48,495 nucleotides of DNA from Xanthobacteraceae bacterium (GTDB lineage: Bacteria > Pseudomonadota > Alphaproteobacteria > Rhizobiales > Xanthobacteraceae): the NCBI GenBank assembly GCA_035601615.1, contig DATNNX010000252.1, forward strand, positions 1 through 48,495. The letters run 5' to 3'. Below, piece after piece: positions 41,865 to 48,495 of the stretch. Positions within the stretch are counted from its first letter, which is position 1. Every line of letters begins with the position of its first letter. A program made the translations under genes and the position numbers. A model generated the notes under the pieces. It worked only from the letters and a program-made list of their open reading frames with translations, was not told the DNA's origin and searched no databases.

Positions 41865-43928
41865 TCAGTTCTCCTGCGTCACGATCAGGTTCTTCCACTC
41901 GTCCACGCGCGCGATATGCCCGGGGCGCACGACGGTCGTGCAATCGAGCTGCTCGAGGATCGCCGGGCCGGCAAAGTTTGCGCCCACATCGAGTTGGTCG
42001 CGCTGATAGATCGGGCAATCACGCTCCGCTCCATCGAAGCGCACGCGCCGCATCCCCCGACGTGCATCCTCGAGTGCCGCGCCGGTGCGCGCGAATTTCG
42101 GCATCTCGACAGGCGGCAGGAGCCCGAGGCCGCGCACCCGGTAGGATACAATCTCGACCGGCTCCTCCGGCGCCATATGCCCGAACATGCGCTGGTGCCG
42201 CTGGTCGAAGCTCACGCGCAGCTCTTTCAGATTGCTCGGCCGCAACGGTTCGGCAGGGCAGGGCACGGCGATCTCGTAGCCCTGGCCGGCGTAGCGCATG
42301 TCGAGCGCCCGTTCGATGCGGATGCGATCGGGCGCGAAGCCATCGCCGCGCAGCTCCGTGAACGCCTGCGCCGACAGCTGCTCGAAGATATGATTCATCT
42401 CTTCGGGCGCGACTTCGGTCAGCGGCGCCAGTTTCGAGCGGATGTAGTCGTGCTTCACGTCGGACATCAGCAAACCGATCGCCGAAAACACCCCTGGATA
42501 AAGCGGTACGATGACGCCTGCCATACCGAGCTCGCGGGCGATGCGGGGCGCATGCAGCGGCCCCGCGCCGCCGAAGGCAAGCAGCATGAAATCGCGCAGG
42601 TCGTGCCCGCGCATGGTGGAGATGGCCTTGATCGCCTCCTGCATCTTCACATCGATGATGCGCACGATGCCTTCGGCCGCCTCGATGAGATCAAGGCCGA
42701 GGGGACGCGCGACCTTGGCCATGATTGCGGCGCGCGCTTTGGACGCCTCGAGAGGCATCCGCCCGCCGAGGAAGCCGTCCTCGCCGAGATAGCCCAGCAC
42801 CAGGTTGCAATCGGTGATGGTCGGCATCTCGCCGTCGCGCCCGTAGCAGGCCGGCCCCGGTACCGCGCCGGCGCTCGCCGGTCCGACTTGCAACATACCG
42901 AAGCCGTCGACCGTCGCGATCGTGCCGCCGCCAGCGCTCACCGTGTTGATGTCCAGCATGGGTACGGCGAGATCGCGCTGCGCAACCTGTCCGCGGCTCG
43001 ACAGCAAAGGCTCGCCGTCCTTGATCAGCGCCACGTCGCATGACGTTCCGCCCATGTCGAAGGTGATGATGTTGGGAAGCCGGATCATGCGGCCGGCGAG
43101 CACGCCCGCGGTGACGCCGCCGGCCGGCCCCGACAGCACCGTGGCGACTGCGCGCCGCGCCGCGGCAGCAAAGGTCGCCATCCCGCCGTTCGATTGCATG
43201 ATGTATTTTTGCCGGGTGGCGACGCCGGCACGGTCCAGGCGCCGGTCGAGCTCGGCGATGTAGCGCGTGAGGATCGGCTGCAGATAGGCGTTGATGACGG
43301 TGCTGCTCAGCCGATAGTACTCACGGATCTGCGGTAGCACCTCGCAGGAGAGCGAGACGTCGCAATCGGGGATCTCTTCGCGCACGATCTCGCGCACGCG
43401 CGCTTCGTGCGCGGGATGAAGGAACGAGAACAGCAGACACACGGCGATCGATTCGACGTCCTCTGCGGCGAGCTGGCGCACCGTTTCGCGCAGCGCCGCC
43501 TCGTCGAGCGCCTGGAGCACATTGCCGCGGAAATCGATGCGCTCCTTCACTTCGCCGGTCAGGCTATGTGGCACCAACGGCGCCGGCTTGTCGTACATGA
43601 CGTCGAAGATCGCCGCGCCGTAGGGCCGTGCCTGCTCGCCGACGGGATAGATGCCGCGAAACCCTTCCGTCACCAACAAGCCGGTCTTGGCGCCTTTGCC
43701 CTCGAGTAGTGCGTTGGTCCCGACCGTCGTGCCATGGCAGAAATATCCGATCTCGGTTGACTCACCGGCCGTTGCGATGAGTTGCTCTACCCCAGCAACG
43801 ATCGCGCGCGAGGGATCGTCGGGCGTCGAAGGCAGCTTGGCGATCGAGAGCTTGCCGGTTTCCTCGTTGAGAGCGACGAAATCCGAAAAGGTTCCTCCGG
43901 TGTCGACCGTAACGCGGTAGCGAGCCAT
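41865..43928 (-). CDS. hyuA: Hydantoinase A/oxoprolinase family protein (HyuA-like)
   Basis: N-terminal MARYRVTVDTGGTFSDFV (ASKHA ATPase fold) and FDMGGTSCDV. I take the start at ATG 43928. Confidence 0.88.
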   Translation of the reverse strand: MARYRVTVDTGGTFSDFVALNEETGKLSIAKLPSTPDDPSRAIVAGVEQLIATAGESTEIGYFCHGTTVGTNALLEGKGAKTGLLVTEGFRGIYPVGEQARPYGAAIFDVMYDKPAPLVPHSLTGEVKERIDFRGNVLQALDEAALRETVRQLAAEDVESIAVCLLFSFLHPAHEARVREIVREEIPDCDVSLSCEVLPQIREYYRLSSTVINAYLQPILTRYIAELDRRLDRAGVATRQKYIMQSNGGMATFAAAARRAVATVLSGPAGGVTAGVLAGRMIRLPNIITFDMGGTSCDVALIKDGEPLLSSRGQVAQRDLAVPMLDINTVSAGGGTIATVDGFGMLQVGPASAGAVPGPACYGRDGEMPTITDCNLVLGYLGEDGFLGGRMPLEASKARAAIMAKVARPLGLDLIEAAEGIVRIIDVKMQEAIKAISTMRGHDLRDFMLLAFGGAGPLHAPRIARELGMAGVIVPLYPGVFSAIGLLMSDVKHDYIRSKLAPLTEVAPEEMNHIFEQLSAQAFTELRGDGFAPDRIRIERALDMRYAGQGYEIAVPCPAEPLRPSNLKELRVSFDQRHQRMFGHMAPEEPVEIVSYRVRGLGLLPPVEMPKFARTGAALEDARRGMRRVRFDGAERDCPIYQRDQLDVGANFAGPAILEQLDCTTVVRPGHIARVDEWKNLIVTQEN

Positions 43929-44109
43929 GCGATCGTTCCACCCGAAGCGAGCAGTGTCCGTATAAGGCCATGGCTCGTGGCAAGGGACAATCGCCGGCGC
44001 AAAAGAGCCGAGCCACGACTGCGCGCCTGCGGATATGACGCAAGAGGGCGAGCCGAGAATGCGGTTGTAATGGCGCTGCGATCCATATGACATAGCGGCA
44101 GCCGCAGGA

Positions 44110-45204
44110 GTGGATATGTCAGCAGAGGCCGCCCCCAACCCCACAGCCTCGAGCGATGCGCCGCGTGTCGCGCCGGCGGCACTGTCGGCTTTCATCATGC
44201 GCGCCTTCGAGGCTGCCGGACTTTCCTCCGATGATGCGGAGATTGTCGCGGGGCTGATGGTCGAGGCCGATTTGCGCGGCAGCGACACGCACGGCGTGAT
44301 CCGGCTGCCGCTCTATCTGCGGCGCCTCAAGGCGGGCGGGATCAACGCGCGTCCGCACATCCGGATCGTGGAGGAGCGTCCGGCCACCGCGCTTGTCGAC
44401 GGCGATAACGGCATGGGCCATCTGGTCATGCGTTTTGCCGCCATGACGGCGATCGAGAAGGCCAAAGCCGCAGGCCTCGCCTGGGTGGGCGCGCGAATGA
44501 GCAACCATGCCGGCCCGGCGGCGCTCTACGCCATGATGCCGCTCGCCCATGACATGATCGGGCTCTATCTCGCCGTCGGCAGCAACAATCACCTGCCGCC
44601 CTGGGGCTCGACCGAGAACTTGCTCGGCACCAACCCGATCGCAATCGCCGTCCCGGCCCAAGACGAGGCGCCGGTCGTCCTCGACATGGCGCCGACCGTT
44701 GCTGCCTTCGGCAAGGTGCGTCTGAAGATGCAGCGCGGAGAAGAGTTGCCGGTCGGCTGGATGATCGGCCGCGACGGCAAGCCGCTCACCGACCCCAAAC
44801 GCGCGGAGCAAGGGCTGCTGCTGCCGATCGGCGATTACAAGGGCTACGGGCTGAGCCTGATGGTGGGACTGCTGGCGGGTGCGCTCAACCAGGCGGCGTT
44901 CGGACGCGAGGTCGTCGATTTCGTCAAGGAGCAGGGCAAGGTCACCAATACCGGCCACGCCATCGTTGCGCTGTCGATCGACGCTTTCGCGCCGGCGGCG
45001 GCATTCAAGCGCCAGGTCGATGCTGCGGTGCGCGTCATGCGCGGCGCCGAGCGATTGCCCGGGGTCGAACGCATCTGGCTGCCCGGAGAGCAGAGCCATC
45101 GCAAGCGGCAGGACCGCACGAAGAACGGCATCCCCGTATCCAAGGCGTTGCGCGAGAGTCTTGACGCGGCCGCGCGCGAACTTGCCATCGCGCCGCTCGG
45201 TTGA
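44110..45204 (+). CDS. Ldh_2-family (malate/L-lactate/sulfolactate dehydrogenase type 2) oxidoreductase
   Basis: EADLRGSDTHGVIRLPLYLRRL, NHAGPAALYA and GTNPIAIAVP are family hallmarks. Confidence 0.85.
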   Translation: MDMSAEAAPNPTASSDAPRVAPAALSAFIMRAFEAAGLSSDDAEIVAGLMVEADLRGSDTHGVIRLPLYLRRLKAGGINARPHIRIVEERPATALVDGDNGMGHLVMRFAAMTAIEKAKAAGLAWVGARMSNHAGPAALYAMMPLAHDMIGLYLAVGSNNHLPPWGSTENLLGTNPIAIAVPAQDEAPVVLDMAPTVAAFGKVRLKMQRGEELPVGWMIGRDGKPLTDPKRAEQGLLLPIGDYKGYGLSLMVGLLAGALNQAAFGREVVDFVKEQGKVTNTGHAIVALSIDAFAPAAAFKRQVDAAVRVMRGAERLPGVERIWLPGEQSHRKRQDRTKNGIPVSKALRESLDAAARELAIAPLG

Positions 45205-45267
45205 TGTCCGCCGCACCGGCCCTTGGGATAAAGTGAACGCTGCTATCGCAGGAACAACAAGCGCCGA

Positions 45268-46155
45268 GTGAGGCTCGTGACACAATCTGTCGGCGTGGTT
45301 GGGCTCGGCCTGCTAGGCCAGGCATTCGTGAGCCGTTTGCTTGGCGCGGGGTTCGAGGTCGTGGGCTTCGACATCGACCGCGCCAAGAATATCAAGCTCG
45401 TGGAGCGAGGCGGCCATCCGGCTGACTCCGTTGGCGATCTCGCGCGGCGCTGCGATCCCATCGTGCTTGCGGTGTTCAGCACCGATCAGGTCGAGGACGT
45501 GATCGAGCGGGAGCTGTTGCCGGCCGCGGGCGACGGCTCCGCCAAAATCGTGCTTTGCGCGAGCACTTGCGACCCAGAGCGTATCGCTCGCTTGGCGCAG
45601 CGCGTCGGCAAGCGCGGGCTGCGCCTTCTGGAAACGCCGGTTTCGGGAGCAAGCGGCCAGGTTGCCCGCGGCGAGGGCGTCGGGCTGATCGGCGGCGATG
45701 CCGAGGTTATCCGCGCAGTGGAAGGCGTATTGCGCGCGCTGTTTGCGCGCCACTTCCACATCGGCAAAATTGGAGATGCCGGGCGCGCCAAACTTGCGAT
45801 CAACCTCATTCTCGGGCTCAACCGCTTGGCCATGGCCGAAGGCCTGGTGTTTGCGGAGCGGCTCGGACTTGATCCGGAGGCGTTTCTCAACCTCGCGCGC
45901 AGCTCGGCGGCTTATTCGCAGGTCATGGACACCAAGGGCGCGAAGATGATCCACGGCGAATTCGCCGCAGAGGGCCGCATCACCCAGCATCTCAAGGACG
46001 TCGACCTCATGCTCGAGCAAGCGCAACGGGCGAAGCAGCAGCTTCCGCTCGCCGAAATTCATGCCGACGTCTTGCGAGCCTGCGTGCGGCAAGGCGAGGG
46101 AGACTTGGACAACAGCGCCGTGATCAAGGAGATCAGGCGGCGCAGACGCAGTTGA
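45268..46155 (+). CDS. NAD(P)-dependent beta-hydroxyacid dehydrogenase-like oxidoreductase (HIBADH/6PGDH-NAD-binding family)
   Basis: GTG start. Rossmann motif VGVVGLGLLGQAFVSRLLGAGFEVVGFD and downstream GKIGDAGRAKLAINL. Confidence 0.82.
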   Translation: MRLVTQSVGVVGLGLLGQAFVSRLLGAGFEVVGFDIDRAKNIKLVERGGHPADSVGDLARRCDPIVLAVFSTDQVEDVIERELLPAAGDGSAKIVLCASTCDPERIARLAQRVGKRGLRLLETPVSGASGQVARGEGVGLIGGDAEVIRAVEGVLRALFARHFHIGKIGDAGRAKLAINLILGLNRLAMAEGLVFAERLGLDPEAFLNLARSSAAYSQVMDTKGAKMIHGEFAAEGRITQHLKDVDLMLEQAQRAKQQLPLAEIHADVLRACVRQGEGDLDNSAVIKEIRRRRRS

Positions 46156-46252
46156 ATTGTTGGATTTCAGCCACAACAATCGGAGGAGCGCGATGGCCAA
46201 GGGAAAAGCGCAAGAATGCTTGCGAGGCGGCGAGACCCCGATCGGATAGGCC

Positions 46253-47086
46253 GTGATCGATTCGCATCATCATTTCTGGTGGAGGAGCCGGCACACCTAT
46301 AGTTGGCCGGATCAGGTCGGTGATCGCCTGGCGCGTGATTTCACGCCCGACGACCTGCGGCCGGAGCTCCACCGCTGCGGCATCAAGGGAACGGTGCTGG
46401 TGCAGGTCCTGCATCAGGTCGGCGGCGAAACCGAGGAGTGTCTCGATCTGAGCAATCAGGTCGAGTTCGTGCGCGGCGTGGTCGGCTGGCTGCCCCTTGC
46501 CGATCCCGACGCGACGGCGGGCGCGCTCGAGCGGCTGCGCTCGCGCGGCAAGCTCGTCGGCGTGCGCCATCTCATCAGCAACGAGCCGGATCCGCGCTGG
46601 CTGCTGCAGGATGGCGTGGTCGAATCCCAAAAGCTCCTTGCGGCGGCGGGGCTCGCCTTCGATGCCATCCCTGTCAACGCGGCGCAGTTCGAATCCGTGC
46701 TCGAGCTGGCGGAGCGCCTGCCGGAGCTGAAAATCGTCATCAACCATCTCGGACGGCCGCCGCTTCCCGAGCGGGGCTGGGAGCCCTGGGCGACCCAAGT
46801 TGCCCGCGCTGCCGAGCACCGCAATGTCTCCATCAAGCTCTCGGTCGGGCTCGACATCATCATACGCTGGCGCTGGTCGACCGACGAGCTACGCCGCTAC
46901 AGCGATCACGTGCTCGACCTCTTCACCTCCAATCGGGTGATGGCGGCGAGCAACTGGCCGGTGATCTTGCTCGGCGCCACTTATGCGCAGACCTGGCAGG
47001 GCATCAGCGATCTCGTCGCCGCGCTTCCCGTCGGCGAGCGCCACGCGATCATGGGTGGCACCGCGGAGCGGATCTATGGGCTCTGA
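46253..47086 (+). CDS. Amidohydrolase-2 family protein, lactonase-like subgroup (IDSHHHFW type)
   Basis: GTG start. N-terminal metal motif IDSHHHFW. At 277 aa it belongs to a different subfamily from the two 415-aa paralogs. Confidence 0.8.
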   Translation: MIDSHHHFWWRSRHTYSWPDQVGDRLARDFTPDDLRPELHRCGIKGTVLVQVLHQVGGETEECLDLSNQVEFVRGVVGWLPLADPDATAGALERLRSRGKLVGVRHLISNEPDPRWLLQDGVVESQKLLAAAGLAFDAIPVNAAQFESVLELAERLPELKIVINHLGRPPLPERGWEPWATQVARAAEHRNVSIKLSVGLDIIIRWRWSTDELRRYSDHVLDLFTSNRVMAASNWPVILLGATYAQTWQGISDLVAALPVGERHAIMGGTAERIYGL

Positions 47087-47090
47087 CGGG

Positions 47091-48495
47091 CTAACGTCCC
47101 GCGAGCGATAGCGGCTTCGCAATCGGCCCGCCGGCTCCCGGCTGGCGTTGCGGACGCGCGGCGGCGTCGGGCGGAAAGATCAGCGACTTGATCACGACGG
47201 GCACGGCGCCGGATTGTGGCAGCATGCCGCCGATGTCGATGTAGTCGAATTCTTTGAGTTCGAGACCGTCGACGGAGACGATCGCGTTGTCGATCCCCAT
47301 TTCCTCGCGCAGGTGAATTCCCATCAAGCCGCCGACATCCCCGTCCCCAGCCAATACCAGCGGATGGCCGTCCGCGAGAATCGGCGCAAGCCCGTTCGTC
47401 AGGCCTTGGCAGAATGCATCGAGCCGCCGGAACGTGGCCGAACCTCGCCACGGCACGAACACGCCGACCGGCGTGCCGGCGTCGGCGAGATCGAGCCGCT
47501 TGAGCAGCGCCTTGATCTCCGCCGCCACGGCCGAGGGCTCGATCTCCTCGGCATCGAGCGGAAACGGAGGCGCGATCACCGGCACGTTGCGCAGCGGCAG
47601 GATCGTCAGCGGGGAAACGTAAATGGTGCTGCCGCTCACCTGCGTGGTGTATTGCGACGCGCCGATCACGGTGGCGCGGATGCCTTCGCTCGCGCGCTCG
47701 ACCTTCGGCCCCCACCGTTCCGCGCGGGCCCGAATTTCTTGCGCCAGCAGCGGGCCGAGATCGCCGTAGCTCTGCGCCTCGCGGCCGTAAACGTATTCGG
47801 CGACGCCGCCGGAAAAGGTCAGTTGCCGCACGAGCGCGCGCGGTGACAGCGGCTCGAGCCGCAGCAGGCTGCGCCCGCTGGCCATGGGCGATCCGCCGGC
47901 CATCGCCTCGAACAAGCAATCCGCCATGCACGCGGCCAAGGCTCGCGCGCTCTGCGGGGAAAGCTGCGCGCCGAGCTCGAGGTCGATGCCGAGCTCGGTC
48001 GCGAAGCCGCGCGCGGCCTCCTCGATCCGCACGATGCGGCCGGCCGGATCGAGGCTGATGAGCCGCGCGCCGACATCGAGCGCCGTGAGCTCGCTCACCC
48101 GCCCGTCGGCGCAGATCGCGATCTTCGACGTGCCCCCACCGATGTCGACATTCATGACGGTTGCGCCCTCGCGGATGGAGCGTGCGGCGGCGCCCGAGCC
48201 GTGCGCGGCCATCACCGCCTCGAGACTGTCGCCGGCCGAGACCGCGACCATTTTGCCGGCCTGGCGCGCAAACAGTTCGCCGATATTCCGGGCGTTGCGC
48301 CGGCCGACCGCGACGCCGGTGAGGATCAGCGCGCCGGTATCGATCTCGTCCGGGTCGACTTTGGCGTCGCGGTATTGGCGCTCGATGAAGGCGCCGAGCG
48401 CTGCGGCGTCGATCTGGTCCTCGCCGCAATAGGGCGTGAGCAGGATGTCGGACTGATAGAACGTCTCGCGGATCGTGACCACGTACCGGCTGTCG
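47091..48495 (-). CDS. eutA: Ethanolamine ammonia-lyase reactivase EutA-like protein, 5' end outside the window
   Basis: Collinear by-eye similarity to my recollection of E. coli EutA (NVDIGGGTSKIA, RATVIGASQYTTQVSGSTIY, LPLRNVPV, DYIDIG...VVIKSLIFP). The frame stays open to the window end. Confidence 0.8.
   Translation of the reverse strand, partial: DSRYVVTIRETFYQSDILLTPYCGEDQIDAAALGAFIERQYRDAKVDPDEIDTGALILTGVAVGRRNARNIGELFARQAGKMVAVSAGDSLEAVMAAHGSGAAARSIREGATVMNVDIGGGTSKIAICADGRVSELTALDVGARLISLDPAGRIVRIEEAARGFATELGIDLELGAQLSPQSARALAACMADCLFEAMAGGSPMASGRSLLRLEPLSPRALVRQLTFSGGVAEYVYGREAQSYGDLGPLLAQEIRARAERWGPKVERASEGIRATVIGASQYTTQVSGSTIYVSPLTILPLRNVPVIAPPFPLDAEEIEPSAVAAEIKALLKRLDLADAGTPVGVFVPWRGSATFRRLDAFCQGLTNGLAPILADGHPLVLAGDGDVGGLMGIHLREEMGIDNAIVSVDGLELKEFDYIDIGGMLPQSGAVPVVIKSLIFPPDAAARPQRQPGAGGPIAKPLSLAGR

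Overview
GC-rich (about 65% by eye) chromosomal segment. It looks alphaproteobacterial, possibly Bradyrhizobiaceae-like, judging by codon bias and intergenic palindromic repeats, but the taxon is a guess. I can support about 47 protein-coding genes. I see no rRNA, tRNA, CRISPR array, transposase or integrase, and no recognisable transcription regulator. All product calls rest on motifs and remembered family sequences, because no database search was possible. Start codons were chosen by hand from the ORF track plus local RBS and overlap context.

Layout:
- 2-1213: 3' part of a TPP-dependent enzyme.
- 1356-4110 (-): complete NitT/TauT-type ABC importer.
- 4317-6722: orphan CoxL-like molybdoenzyme large subunit.
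- 6861-7439: DUF2147 protein.
- 7713-10709: DevC/DevA/DevB-type ABC exporter with HlyD adaptor.
- 10838-12648 (-): low-GC stand-alone Smr gene, a small secreted peptide, DUF2141 and an IalB-like protein.
- 12897-28901: aromatic-catabolism-like island. It holds two copies of an amidohydrolase-2 / small unknown protein / mini-Rieske cassette, a 4,5-dihydroxyphthalate-decarboxylase-like gene, a GMC oxidoreductase, a Tat-exported TPP enzyme with cytochrome c, a PDR/VanB-type reductase, an ATPase-less ABC importer, a FAH-family hydrolase and an extradiol dioxygenase.
- 28939-38073 (-): an all-periplasmic redox block. Two tandem Tat-exported IorAB-like molybdoenzymes are followed by cytochrome c, FccB/SoxF, SoxX, a SoxY variant with an AACLE arm, SoxZ and SoxA. 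There is no soxB or soxCD.
- 38373-40041: alpha/beta hydrolase plus an HCHL-like enoyl-CoA hydratase/lyase.
- 40099-43928 (-): HyuB/HyuA.
- 44110-47086: Ldh_2, a beta-hydroxyacid dehydrogenase-like gene and a lactonase-like amidohydrolase.
- 47091-48495 (-): partial EutA.

Best candidates for undescribed biology:
1. The Sox-like carrier system with a non-canonical SoxY arm, fused in one gene string to duplicated molybdoenzymes.
2. The twice-occurring, order-permuted amidohydrolase / small protein / Rieske cassette.
3. The Tat-exported TPP enzyme with its own cytochrome c.
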